In this document: in pieces, positions 47,068 through 56,827 of the stretch
How the letters are laid out: each line of letters begins with the position of its first letter
Position numbering within the stretch: the stretch's first letter is position 1
IMG/VR virus record: IMGVR_UViG_3300043410_000542
Location: 1 to 64,000 of that record
Origin: a virus
DNA: 64,000 bases
Strand: one strand, 5' to 3'
The notes under the pieces: generated by a model
What the model was told of the DNA's origin: nothing
The model's database searches: none
The model's input: the letters and a program-made list of their open reading frames with translations, nothing else
Program-made: the position numbers and the translations under genes

Positions 47068-47874
47068 ATGAGCGCAATCAACACTAACAGCATTAATGTA
47101 AATTATCCAACTCCCGGAGTCAACAACAGTACTCAGGGTTTCAGAGATAACTTTGCTGGAATCAAAAATAACTTAGATACTATCAAGACTGAGATTACTG
47201 ATATCCAAAGCAAAGCAGTAGTTAAAACAGGTTTAAACGGAGTAACGTTGAACAATGACATGGCTAACACATTGATTAGCAATGCATTAGTACGTTCATT
47301 CAGAGCATCGACTTACCCATTGGGTAATGACTTGCAAGGAACTGTCATTGTTGACGTATCTAAAGGTGATGTGCAGTATGGTACTATTGTTGCTGATACT
47401 ACAATCAACTTTGGTGGATGGGCACCCACTAACACACAAAGTAATGTTCAATTGAATTTGACAATTGCAAACTCTGCGGCAATAATCCACTTCCCTGATA
47501 GCAATTATCAAAACCAAGTATTAGTATCTGGTATGACTAAGACTGCGTTCGTGCTAGAAAACTACGAATCTGAATCTACAATCAGCGGTGCTAACGAAAC
47601 ATTGACAAATCAAGTCGCTATCCCTGTTGGAGTGACAGAACTACAATACACATTCAGTACAACAGATTGCGGAACAACAATTGACATTTACCCACTAAAC
47701 AGAAGTCAATCTGCAAGTAGAGTTACACTTAGATCACCTTCAGCAGTGGGACTTCCAGGTGACCAAGCTGGCGCCATATGTGTTGCTGACAACTTGCTAT
47801 ATGTATGTGTTGGTACATATGATGGTAGCACACCTATCTGGGGCTACACTCCTCTATACGCAGTAGGTAGTTAA
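47068..47874 (+). CDS. virion structural protein
   Basis: AATAAATA at 47043; YPTPGVNNSTQGFRDNF; C-terminal GAICVADNLLYVC. Confidence 0.7.
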   Translation: MSAINTNSINVNYPTPGVNNSTQGFRDNFAGIKNNLDTIKTEITDIQSKAVVKTGLNGVTLNNDMANTLISNALVRSFRASTYPLGNDLQGTVIVDVSKGDVQYGTIVADTTINFGGWAPTNTQSNVQLNLTIANSAAIIHFPDSNYQNQVLVSGMTKTAFVLENYESESTISGANETLTNQVAIPVGVTELQYTFSTTDCGTTIDIYPLNRSQSASRVTLRSPSAVGLPGDQAGAICVADNLLYVCVGTYDGSTPIWGYTPLYAVGS

Positions 47875-47875
47875 T

Positions 47876-48109
47876 ATGTCACATCCCTTCATGCCTGATA
47901 TATCTGGTAAGTCGATGGAAGAAATTCAGAATTCGATACAAGACCTAACGAGCAAACTCACATTCGCATATAGAATGGGCAAGCCTATGATGGTCAATCA
48001 GATTCAGATGGTACTTGAAGGGTACAAGACTGAATACGCAAAGAAAATGGATGAGCTTTACAAGAAGCAAAACATCCAAAATAAAATTAGCATCAATAAT
48101 TCCAAATAA
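47876..48109 (+). CDS. hypothetical protein
   Basis: Short helical ORF. Confidence 0.7.
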   Translation: MSHPFMPDISGKSMEEIQNSIQDLTSKLTFAYRMGKPMMVNQIQMVLEGYKTEYAKKMDELYKKQNIQNKISINNSK

Positions 48110-48122
48110 GGGCAAATCGCTC

Positions 48123-48150
48123 TTGCTTTTTGTTAAGTCTATGTTATAAT
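48123..48150 (+). promoter_or_regulatory. extended -10 sigma70 promoter, probably leaderless
   Basis: TTGCTT-16nt-TATAAT with TG; ATG 5 nt downstream. Confidence 0.65.
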
Positions 48151-48155
48151 AGGCT

Positions 48156-48662
48156 ATGCGTAATGACAAATACAGCCAGCAAATTTTAGACGAGAACGAC
48201 CTAATCAGTGCGTACTTGACTGATCCAGGTAGAGATTTACATGATGCATTTGTTTCGGATGAAATCAAATTCGATGACATCCTAGAAGTACAAAACAAAC
48301 CCAAACTAATTCAATACATAGACCCGAAACTCTCTGTAGCAGAATTTGACAAGCAGAAACAATCTAACTGGTTTATGCCGGACGAGTACAAGCAATTTGA
48401 CATTGCTAAGTGGGTTCTAGACCAATGCAAAACAGATGTAGAGTTACAACGAGTTGGAGACGAACTAATCAAATTCCAAGAACGTGACTTGTTTCCATTA
48501 CTACAGTACACAAAATACCTAGTTGATACAATGCGTAAGCATAATGTACTTTGGGGAGTAGGTCGTGGTAGTAGCGTAGCCAGTTATGTATTGTTTTTGA
48601 TAGGGGTACACCGTATAAATAGTTTGCATTTTGACTTGTCTATAGACGAGTTCTTAAAATAA
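48156..48662 (+). CDS. DNA polymerase III alpha (DnaE)-like N-terminal palm fragment
   Basis: RVGDEL..F..YLVD..WGVGRGSSVASYVLFLIGVHRINSLHFDLSIDEFLK matches DnaE GPGRGS.AGSLV.Y.LGIT..DP..LLFERFL. Confidence 0.85.
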   Translation: MRNDKYSQQILDENDLISAYLTDPGRDLHDAFVSDEIKFDDILEVQNKPKLIQYIDPKLSVAEFDKQKQSNWFMPDEYKQFDIAKWVLDQCKTDVELQRVGDELIKFQERDLFPLLQYTKYLVDTMRKHNVLWGVGRGSSVASYVLFLIGVHRINSLHFDLSIDEFLK

Positions 48663-48672
48663 GGAGAATAAA

Positions 48673-49020
48673 ATGGCAATACACAGATCCGCAATGGGAA
48701 AGACAGTTGATATGGCTTCCCTGTCAGGAAGAAATGAAAAAGTAAGAGCAGTCGGCAATATGAACGTCAATGCCCGTGGTGATGTATTAGACAGTCACAA
48801 TCGTGTGATTCAGGATAACACACAACGAGTTCAAGCATCTTACCGAAATACAGTGTCAGAGACACCGGCGCACTTGACACCTAGTAGACCTACAAGTACA
48901 ATTCAAGAAGATACTGTTGTCCAAGAAGTACCAGTTGAACTACCAGTTGAAGAACCGGTTGAATTGACAGCAGAAGAACAAGAATTGTTTGACGACACTG
49001 ACGAGGAAGAAACTAAGTGA
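48673..49020 (+). CDS. hypothetical protein
   Basis: AAGGAG RBS; AVGNMNVNARGD. Confidence 0.75.
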   Translation: MAIHRSAMGKTVDMASLSGRNEKVRAVGNMNVNARGDVLDSHNRVIQDNTQRVQASYRNTVSETPAHLTPSRPTSTIQEDTVVQEVPVELPVEEPVELTAEEQELFDDTDEEETK

Positions 49021-49397
49021 CCGATGAAAAGAAATTAGCATTTGAACCACACAAGTTCAATAAAAGCCAATTTAAAGCAATCAGTGACCACGTGATTGTG
49101 TGCGATATGAACTTTGAAGAACGTATCACACACAGTGGCATTGTGCTACCCAATGACGATATGAAGTCTGCGGGTATTCGCCCAAGATGGGCAAGGATTT
49201 ATGCTGTTGGCCCTGACCAGAAAGATCCTGAACTAGTTGTAGGTAAATGGATTTGGATTAGTCACGGACGATGGACACGCGGTGTTAATATCGAAGACGA
49301 AGAGGGTAAAAAGACCATACGCAGAGTAGATAATAATGATATACTACTTGCATCAGATGAACCAGTATACGACATGACATGGAGTGATAAGATATAA
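49017..49397 (+). CDS. groES: co-chaperonin GroES family
   Basis: DHVIV..ERITHSGIVLP..AVGP..VG..DILL. Confidence 0.8.
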   Translation: MTDEKKLAFEPHKFNKSQFKAISDHVIVCDMNFEERITHSGIVLPNDDMKSAGIRPRWARIYAVGPDQKDPELVVGKWIWISHGRWTRGVNIEDEEGKKTIRRVDNNDILLASDEPVYDMTWSDKI

Positions 49398-49750
49398 TGA
49401 AATGGTTTTTTAATTGGCTCTATAAGGGTCTTAAGAATGTAGAATCGGATGAGGAAGAAAGACGGGCAGATAGAGACAGTCCGCTTATTCCCCGTGTTCG
49501 TGCAGCTAGGTCACCTGGACTAAAGATTAATATGGCTGTGGGAACATCCACTCCTGAAGGTCATGTTCACCTTAATCAACAACCTCTACACTTTAAGATT
49601 TACCCAGCAACGGGCGGACACATCGTAGAATACACATTCTACAATGAAAAAAGAGATAACAATGACCAAGCACTTCACTTGATACCCAGTGAGCTTGACT
49701 TAGGCACAGAACTTGCTAAAATTATGACTTTAGAGGCATTGAAGCGATGA
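49397..49750 (+). CDS. hypothetical protein
   Basis: Translationally coupled ORF. Confidence 0.7.
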   Translation: MKWFFNWLYKGLKNVESDEEERRADRDSPLIPRVRAARSPGLKINMAVGTSTPEGHVHLNQQPLHFKIYPATGGHIVEYTFYNEKRDNNDQALHLIPSELDLGTELAKIMTLEALKR

Positions 49751-50670
49751 ACAATCAATTATGGGTAGAAAAGTATCGTCCACAATCTGTTGAAGATTAT
49801 GTGTTTGTGGATGAGCGTCAAAAGCAACAAGTTACTGGTTGGATTGAGAATGAATCAATCCCGCATCTATTGCTTTCAGGTGAACCGGGTACAGGTAAAA
49901 CAACACTAGCAAAAGTGTTGATGAAAGAACTAGGTGTAGAAGAATTCGATATCTTGGAAATCAACGCATCACGTGAAAATAGTGTTGACGTTGTTCGTAA
50001 CAAGATTGTTGGCTTTGTTCAAACTATGCCATTCGGTAAGTTCAAAGTTGTTTTGCTAGACGAAGCAGATTATTTGACTCCAGCTGGGCAGGCTGCTTTG
50101 CGTAATGATATGGAAGCATATCACATGACTGCACGTTTCATTCTAACTTGTAACTATGAGCATAGAATTATCCCTGCACTTAAGAGCAGATGCCATGAAT
50201 TCCGTATCACTAAGACTGATAAGACAGAATTTACAGCAAGAGCCGCAACAGTTTTAGTATCAGAGCAAGTTGAGTTTGATTTAGACGTGTTGGATAGCTA
50301 TGTAGATGCTACATATCCAGACTTGCGTAAGTGTTTGAATCAGCTACAAGTAAATAGTAGCACAGGTAAGTTGTTGCCACCAGTCGATTCAGGTAACGGC
50401 GAAGATGAATTGTTGTTCCAAGCAACTGAGTTGTTTAAGAATGGTAAAATCTTAGAAGGTCGTCAACAACTATTGCAATATCTAGGAATGTATCCTACAC
50501 GTTTAGAAGATATCTATCGTTGGATGTACAACAACTTAGATTTGTGGGGAGATTCTAATGAGAAGCGTGATGCTAGCATCATTATCATTAGAAATGGTCT
50601 AGCCAACTTGAGTCTCGTGGGTATTCCCGAGATTAGCTTGGCAGCAACATTAGTAGAATTAACGGGTTAA
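49747..50670 (+). CDS. clamp loader AAA+ subunit (gp44/RFC small)
   Basis: WVEKYRP, GEPGTGKTT, EINAS, LDEADYL, SRC, PDLRK. Confidence 0.95.
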   Translation: MNNQLWVEKYRPQSVEDYVFVDERQKQQVTGWIENESIPHLLLSGEPGTGKTTLAKVLMKELGVEEFDILEINASRENSVDVVRNKIVGFVQTMPFGKFKVVLLDEADYLTPAGQAALRNDMEAYHMTARFILTCNYEHRIIPALKSRCHEFRITKTDKTEFTARAATVLVSEQVEFDLDVLDSYVDATYPDLRKCLNQLQVNSSTGKLLPPVDSGNGEDELLFQATELFKNGKILEGRQQLLQYLGMYPTRLEDIYRWMYNNLDLWGDSNEKRDASIIIIRNGLANLSLVGIPEISLAATLVELTG

Positions 50671-50671
50671 T

Positions 50672-50923
50672 ATGAGATATCTAGTAGTTACATACGTAAA
50701 GAAACCAGACGGTAAAATTGACGAACAAGTTGAGATTACGAAGAATTTAAAAGAGCGTGACCTAACAATGTCAAACATCATTTTGGATTTCAAAGAAAAG
50801 AAAGTTCAAAAGAGTACAGTGAATGGTCAGCAAATTAATACAAGCTGGGATGTGTTAGTAGAACACTATCGCAAAATCTATCCAGACTATATTGCAGAAT
50901 TAGAAAAACTGCAAGACGAATAA
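50672..50923 (+). CDS. hypothetical protein
   Basis: ORF before the terminator. Confidence 0.7.
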   Translation: MRYLVVTYVKKPDGKIDEQVEITKNLKERDLTMSNIILDFKEKKVQKSTVNGQQINTSWDVLVEHYRKIYPDYIAELEKLQDE

Positions 50924-50947
50924 AAAGGGGCGTTAAGCCCCTTTTTT
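50922..50947. terminator. bidirectional terminator
   Basis: AAAAAGGGGC-GTTAA-GCCCCTTTTTT between convergent genes. Confidence 0.85.
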
Positions 50948-50948
50948 A

Positions 50949-51734
50949 TTAAGCATACAAGCGAAGTACATGCTCAATGATACGATGCCTTTGAACATCT
51001 TTTAGTTCAAAGTGGCATAGTTGCAACCCTGGAATCACCCCCTTCCTCAATCGATTTTGTAAGTCTAGTAGCCCATTGTCGGCTGTTTTTCTATCGGCTT
51101 GTTCAATGTCACCAGTAATTACAATCTTACTGTTAACGCCGATTCTAGTCATAATCATCTTGAGTTGACCAGGTGTTGCATTTTGAGCTTCATCTAAGAT
51201 TATCCAGCTATTTTTAAAGTTTCGACCTCGACAGAATGCTAGGGGTGCTATTTCCACTATCTGTTCTTCTAGCATGTGGGCGATTTCCGCTGCCGTATAA
51301 TACTCTCTCAGCACATCCAATAAAGGTCTTGTCCAAGGTTCCATCTTCTGATTGATATCACCTGGCAAGAATCCATGTTGTTCGTCATCTACGGTTACCG
51401 CAGGTCTAGTCAAGATAATACGGTCTGTCTCACCTGCTTTTAGAGCCTTGATGGCTGCTAACATAGCAAGATAAGTCTTACCTGTACCTGCAGGTCCACC
51501 GACTACTACAATATCTGTAGTCTCATCAGTAAGTGCTAGGATGTATTTTTCTTGATTGACTGACTTAGGGACCAATGTAATCGGTCTTTTGTCAACTTTA
51601 GCGCGGACTTGATTGAAATTTATTGTCTTGTTTTCATTTACGTAGAATGTTTGCTGACTATCGTGTTTTTTGCTGTGTGAGTAACGTGTGTCTTGTTCTG
51701 TTTTGCGTAATGCGCTAGTTTTTCGCTTGCTCAA
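50949..51734 (-). CDS. phoH: PhoH family ATPase
   Basis: GPAGTGKT, GFLPG, RGRNF, DEAQN, TRIG, GDIEQAD; TTG start after AAGGAG. Confidence 0.92.
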   Translation of the reverse strand: MSKRKTSALRKTEQDTRYSHSKKHDSQQTFYVNENKTINFNQVRAKVDKRPITLVPKSVNQEKYILALTDETTDIVVVGGPAGTGKTYLAMLAAIKALKAGETDRIILTRPAVTVDDEQHGFLPGDINQKMEPWTRPLLDVLREYYTAAEIAHMLEEQIVEIAPLAFCRGRNFKNSWIILDEAQNATPGQLKMIMTRIGVNSKIVITGDIEQADRKTADNGLLDLQNRLRKGVIPGLQLCHFELKDVQRHRIIEHVLRLYA

Positions 51735-51905
51735 AGTATTCTCCTTCTCTAGAGCCTGTGTGTTCTCATAAAACACAAAGATATTTACAGGCTAATGATA
51801 TGCGTCAAGTAGTGTACTTTAAACGCAACAGATTTTGATAAATATTAAGCTAACCCCAGAAGGTTCTTTAATGCTCAAAGTCATTGCAAGAATGATAAAT
51901 ACAAC

Positions 51906-52541
51906 ATGAGCAAACTACCAGCAGACGATTTTTTCAAAGATGTGGACTACGAACACATCATTGACACCATTAAGGGTATCTATACCAGCGACGGTTCCAT
52001 CAGCACTTTGTTAGACTTTGAACGTGTGTTGGATGAAGCAGATTTGTATGCGTACAAAAACTGGATTCTAGGGGAACTTGTAGACGGACCCATCATCAAG
52101 AAATACACCGTAGCGTGTATCTTTATGTACCCTGAAACACTTATGCCCGATCCGAGAGGTGGCAAGCGATTGACGCACTTGGACTGTATGATTCACTTTA
52201 AGAAAACTCAGATTGAAGTTCCAGTAAAAGTTGAAGGGCATGATGACTTTCAGCCCGGAACTACTTATCCTAAGATGGTTAAGAAGTGGGTTTGGTTAGT
52301 TCGTATTGAGATTCCAAAAGAACTAATGAACGATATCCGTGAAGGATCGATTGACTTAGCGGGTGAGACACTTGATTTAGAAGAACTAGATGATGCATAT
52401 GACGAGGATCTAGATAAAGCAGGTGTTGAGGAAGAAGAAGGACAGGCTCCTGCTGACCAAGGTATGGGTGGCGGAATGGGTGGCCCTGCTCCAGCAATGG
52501 GCGGCGCAGCTCCGTTGCCAATGCCCGGAGGACAGATGTAA
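51906..52541 (+). CDS. hypothetical late protein
   Basis: GATAAATA at 51837 and 51894. Confidence 0.75.
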   Translation: MSKLPADDFFKDVDYEHIIDTIKGIYTSDGSISTLLDFERVLDEADLYAYKNWILGELVDGPIIKKYTVACIFMYPETLMPDPRGGKRLTHLDCMIHFKKTQIEVPVKVEGHDDFQPGTTYPKMVKKWVWLVRIEIPKELMNDIREGSIDLAGETLDLEELDDAYDEDLDKAGVEEEEGQAPADQGMGGGMGGPAPAMGGAAPLPMPGGQM

Positions 52542-53089
52542 TGCAACTTAATGAAAACTTAGATTACCATGATTTGGCTGGACAAGTTATCTCTACTTTA
52601 TCAGTGGATGAATACTCAGCTAAAGCAGGTACAGATGATGAAATCGTTACATTAGCTTTCATCGTTAGAGGCACACAAGCAAGTCAGGATATTACTGATT
52701 GGTTTGAACGTGGGTATGATTGGGTTCTTGATGCTCAAGTAAGTGAAGGCGAATATGTACCGGGTAAAAACTTGGTGTTTGTTGAAATGCCAAGACGTAC
52801 TAAGTCAGCAGAAAGAATCATTGAACTATTACAGGACTTAGAAACTTTGACTGATATTAAATTAACCGAATGGACTATTAGCGTTGACGGTGAAGAGTAT
52901 GACGCAGACGTTGAAGTACTGAAATCAGTTATTATCTCATCACCACATGATTATCGTGAAGCACACCCAGAGGGCGAAGAAGAAGCAGAATTAAACGAGA
53001 TGCGTGAAATTGCAGGTATCCCGCATAAAGATGTTTACAAAGAACACGACCAGACATTAAAGAATTTTTTAGCAAAGGCAGGATTATAA
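52541..53089 (+). CDS. hypothetical (putative head) protein
   Basis: MQLNE start; coupled to the upstream gene. Confidence 0.7.
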   Translation: MQLNENLDYHDLAGQVISTLSVDEYSAKAGTDDEIVTLAFIVRGTQASQDITDWFERGYDWVLDAQVSEGEYVPGKNLVFVEMPRRTKSAERIIELLQDLETLTDIKLTEWTISVDGEEYDADVEVLKSVIISSPHDYREAHPEGEEEAELNEMREIAGIPHKDVYKEHDQTLKNFLAKAGL

Positions 53090-53090
53090 A

Positions 53091-53702
53091 ATGGCAACAT
53101 TACTAGCAAGAAAAGCAGGAACAGAAACGCCAATCGCAACTGATGATGACCATCACGAAGCATTAGCATCTGATCCAGCAGTATCAGCATTCCCTACAGG
53201 GAGTTCATTTGGTGGAGGATTCGGAAATGCAACAAGCAGCACAGCAGCACCTGGCGCTACGCCAGCAGGAGGCTTCGGTAGTACCGGTGGCTTTAGTTCT
53301 ACAACATCAACATCTACAACAACGAGCAGTTTCGGATCAGGTTCGCCAGTATCAGGAGCAGCAGCCCCTCAACACAACCCAGCAGACTTATTAAAGTCAG
53401 GTGGCGGTGCAATGTCAGAAGGTGGAGAATCTACTGTAGCACTAGACAAAGACGCAACAGATTGGATCAACAAGAAGATGCGCCCGATGATGGGTTGGAT
53501 CTATATGTTGACATGTACTTGCGACTTCGTTATCTTCCCAATCTTATGGTCACTGTTACAAGCATTAACACACGGTAACGTTACAAGTCAATGGCAACCA
53601 TTAACACTTCAAGGCGCTGGTCTATACCATATCGCTATGGGTGCTGTTCTTGGTATCGCAGCATACGGCAGAACAAAAGAAAAGGTTGCCGGGGTAGCTT
53701 AA
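53091..53702 (+). CDS. 3TM holin-like protein (GTA holin family)
   Basis: W..KMRPMMGW..DFVIFP..GAVLGIAAYGRTKEK. Confidence 0.75.
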   Translation: MATLLARKAGTETPIATDDDHHEALASDPAVSAFPTGSSFGGGFGNATSSTAAPGATPAGGFGSTGGFSSTTSTSTTTSSFGSGSPVSGAAAPQHNPADLLKSGGGAMSEGGESTVALDKDATDWINKKMRPMMGWIYMLTCTCDFVIFPILWSLLQALTHGNVTSQWQPLTLQGAGLYHIAMGAVLGIAAYGRTKEKVAGVA

Positions 53703-53708
53703 TAAATA

Positions 53709-53737
53709 TTGACTTAGCAGACAAACTCTGCTAAAAT
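53709..53737 (+). promoter_or_regulatory. sigma70-type promoter overlapping an inverted repeat, probably leaderless
   Basis: TTGACT-17nt-TAAAAT; TTAGCAGA/TCTGCTAA; ATG 6 nt downstream. Confidence 0.65.
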
Positions 53738-53743
53738 CAATAC

Positions 53744-54547
53744 ATGAGTGACCATTATCAAACTCTCGGGGTAGCACGTGATGCTACTCCCGACGAAATC
53801 AAAAAAGCATATAGAAAATTAGCAGCCATTCATCACCCAGACAAGGGTGGTGATACTGCTACATTCCAAAAGGTACAAGCTGCCTACGAAATATTGTCTG
53901 ACCCACAAAAGAAACAAGAATATGACAGCCCTCGCCAACAATTTGGTGGCAGTGGATTCCCGGGCGGATTCAGTTTCCATACTCAAGGATTTGATATCAA
54001 TGATATTATCGGGCAAATGTTTGGTGGAGGAGGCGGTCCCTTTCACAATCCATTCCAACAGAATTTCAGAACTACAATTTGGGTAACGCTTGAACAAGTG
54101 TATTCGGGTAGCGAACAAATGCTACAGATGCAAGGCCCTAATGGGGTTCAAGTTGTAAAGATTCAGATTCCTAAGGGTGTAGAGAATGGACAAACAATGC
54201 GCTTTGATAACATCATTCAAGGTGCTATACTGTTAGTGGATTTTAGAATTCATCCGCATGCTAAGTTCACTAGAATTGGGCAAGATTTACAAGTCACACA
54301 GCGAATCAGTGTTTTAGATTTACTTGCCGGAACGAGTTTTGAAGTAACAACTATTTCGGGCAAAACGTTCACTGTTGCAGTGAAACCCGGAACGCAGCCT
54401 GATGCTACATTGAAAGTAGCGGGTCAGGGTTTACCAATTCAAAATAGTACCCAATTTGGTGACCAATTAATCTTGCTAAAACCCTTCATACCTGATAAAA
54501 TAGACGACAGAATCATTGATAGCATTAAACAATTTAAAGGAAACTAA
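53744..54547 (+). CDS. dnaJ: DnaJ-class co-chaperone (class B, no Zn finger)
   Basis: J-domain with HPD, G/F-rich linker, DnaJ C-terminal domain. Confidence 0.92.
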   Translation: MSDHYQTLGVARDATPDEIKKAYRKLAAIHHPDKGGDTATFQKVQAAYEILSDPQKKQEYDSPRQQFGGSGFPGGFSFHTQGFDINDIIGQMFGGGGGPFHNPFQQNFRTTIWVTLEQVYSGSEQMLQMQGPNGVQVVKIQIPKGVENGQTMRFDNIIQGAILLVDFRIHPHAKFTRIGQDLQVTQRISVLDLLAGTSFEVTTISGKTFTVAVKPGTQPDATLKVAGQGLPIQNSTQFGDQLILLKPFIPDKIDDRIIDSIKQFKGN

Positions 54548-56827
54548 ATGCACTCACCCGAAATCGAATCAATCATCGAACATGCGATTGGTTTAGCTAA
54601 AGAGCGTAACCATCAGTATTGTACTGTAGAGCATTTGTTACTAGCCCTAGTCACCCATGCACCGTTTAAAAAGTGCATCGAGCAGTTTGGCACTAATGTT
54701 GAGGGTCTAACAGGTGATATCAATGCATACTTAGATAGCCTCAAATCTATCGTAGTTAATGTAGACCAAGGTCAAGAAGTTGCACCGCGCAAAACTAACA
54801 GCTTGGAACGAGTAATGAACCGTTCTGTGACGCAGGTTATGTTCACTGGTCGTAAAATGATTACTACAGTTGATTTGTACTTGTCAATCTCAGCAGAAAC
54901 TAACAGTCACGCCCATTACTTCTTATTGAAGTATGGTTTCTCTAAGACAGAGTTTGTTCCCTTCTGGCAGAAGAATTACAAGAGCAATCAATCTGAAGTT
55001 AATATGAGCGAAGACCAGGCTGACGAAGTTCTGGAAGAATACACAACTAATCTTACAGCAATGGCACGTGCTGATAAGCTAGAACCAGTTATCGGTCGCA
55101 ACAAAGAAGCGGAAGACATTGTTAACGTACTCGCTAAACGTTTCAAGTCGAACGTATTGATGGTCGGCGACCCTGGTGTAGGTAAAACTGCTATTGCAGA
55201 AGGTCTAGCACAGAAGATTATCGCAAAAGATGTACCTGACTTCTTGCAGGGCCACGAATTGTACTCACTTGAAATCGGTTCATTGCTTGCTGGTTCTAAA
55301 TATCGCGGTGACTTTGAAGAAAAGGTCAAAGCTGTACTAGAAGCACTAAACACTAAGAAGAAATCTATCCTATTCATTGACGAAGCACACACAATGCAAA
55401 GTGCAGGTAGTTCAACGAATGGTTCAGTTGACTTTGCTAACATGATTAAGCCTGCATTGACTAAAGGCACAATCAAAGTTATTGCAAGCACAACTTGGGA
55501 AGAGTATTACGAGAGTTTCGAGAAGGATCGTGCGTTGATGCGCCGATTCTACAAAGTCTCAGTTGACGAACCAAGTCAAGAATCTACAGTTCGCATTTTG
55601 AAGGGCTTGTCAGCACGACTTAACGACTTCCACAGTGTTGAAATCACTGACGAAGCTATCGAAGCCGCAGTTGAAGGTGCTACTCGTTACATTCAGGATC
55701 GTAAGAACCCGGATAAGTCAATCGACTTGATTGATGCCGCGTGTGCTAAACAACGTGTAGCAGAAAACAAGGGTGCAATCATCACTAAAGAACTTGTCTA
55801 CGAACAAATTGAGAAGTACACAGGTGTTCCTGCTGATAAGTTGAGCGATGACCGCAGTGACCGCATTGTTAACTTGGAATCTAACGTTAAAGACAAGCTA
55901 TACGGTCAAGAAGAATCAGTTGACAAAGTACTTGAACGTGTCTATGTGTCATTCGCCGGTATCGGCAACGAAACTAAGCCTCTAGCAAGTTTCTTGTTCT
56001 TAGGTCCAACTGGTACAGGTAAAACTGAACTTGCTAAGTTGTTGAGTAAGAACTTAGACATGCCATTGCACAAATACGATATGTCAGAATACGGCGAGAA
56101 GTTCTCTGTATCTAGCTTGATCGGTGCTCCCCCCGGATATGTAGGTTACGGTGAAGGTAACTTAGGTGGTGGTCGTTTGATTAACGACTTGAGCAAGAAC
56201 CCTCATGCTATCTTGTTGTTTGATGAAGTTGAAAAAGCTCACCCTGATATCTTCAACATCTTCTTGCAGTTGTTGGATGAAGGTCGTATCACTGGTAGTA
56301 ACGGTAAAGTCGTTAACGCTAAGAACACTATTGTTATTATGACTAGTAACTTGGGTTCTGCTGACAGTGAAAAGAACGTCATTGGCTTCGGTTCACAAGA
56401 AAAAGTCGGTGAAGATGACAAAGCATTGAAAGAGTTCTTTAAGCCAGAATTTAGAAACCGTATTGACTTGATTTGTAAGTTCAACAAGTTGGACATGCTT
56501 GCTATTAAGAAGATTGTGGTTAAGTTTGCAGATGATTTGAAGAAGTCATTGAAGTCTGTACACGATATCACATTGAATCTAAGTGAGCCAGTTATTGAAT
56601 ACTTGGCAGAAAAAGGTTACGATCCTAAGATGGGTGCTCGTCCGTTGTCTCGTAAGATTGATGAATTGATTCGGGTGCCTCTATCTAAGAAAATCTTGTT
56701 TGAGCGAATCAAAAGTGCTACAATCAACGTACACATTGGACTCTCTAATGAGATTGAGTTTGATGTAGTACAGAAATTAGTAGCGAAAGTAGGAGAAGAT
56801 GGCATTATCGAAGTCACATCCGAATAA
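54548..56827 (+). CDS. clpA: ClpA-like AAA+ unfoldase
   Basis: Clp N-domain; two Walker A motifs (GDPGVGKT, GPTGTGKT); KYRGDFE; GAPPGYVG; IGF loop; no ClpB middle domain. Confidence 0.9.
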   Translation: MHSPEIESIIEHAIGLAKERNHQYCTVEHLLLALVTHAPFKKCIEQFGTNVEGLTGDINAYLDSLKSIVVNVDQGQEVAPRKTNSLERVMNRSVTQVMFTGRKMITTVDLYLSISAETNSHAHYFLLKYGFSKTEFVPFWQKNYKSNQSEVNMSEDQADEVLEEYTTNLTAMARADKLEPVIGRNKEAEDIVNVLAKRFKSNVLMVGDPGVGKTAIAEGLAQKIIAKDVPDFLQGHELYSLEIGSLLAGSKYRGDFEEKVKAVLEALNTKKKSILFIDEAHTMQSAGSSTNGSVDFANMIKPALTKGTIKVIASTTWEEYYESFEKDRALMRRFYKVSVDEPSQESTVRILKGLSARLNDFHSVEITDEAIEAAVEGATRYIQDRKNPDKSIDLIDAACAKQRVAENKGAIITKELVYEQIEKYTGVPADKLSDDRSDRIVNLESNVKDKLYGQEESVDKVLERVYVSFAGIGNETKPLASFLFLGPTGTGKTELAKLLSKNLDMPLHKYDMSEYGEKFSVSSLIGAPPGYVGYGEGNLGGGRLINDLSKNPHAILLFDEVEKAHPDIFNIFLQLLDEGRITGSNGKVVNAKNTIVIMTSNLGSADSEKNVIGFGSQEKVGEDDKALKEFFKPEFRNRIDLICKFNKLDMLAIKKIVVKFADDLKKSLKSVHDITLNLSEPVIEYLAEKGYDPKMGARPLSRKIDELIRVPLSKKILFERIKSATINVHIGLSNEIEFDVVQKLVAKVGEDGIIEVTSE

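Noticed and set aside
6724-48662. Split-intein DnaE as in cyanobacteria
   Set aside because: The N-fragment has no Cys/Ser-initiated intein-N tail and the C-fragment has no His-Asn-Cys junction; both ends map directly onto polymerase sequence.
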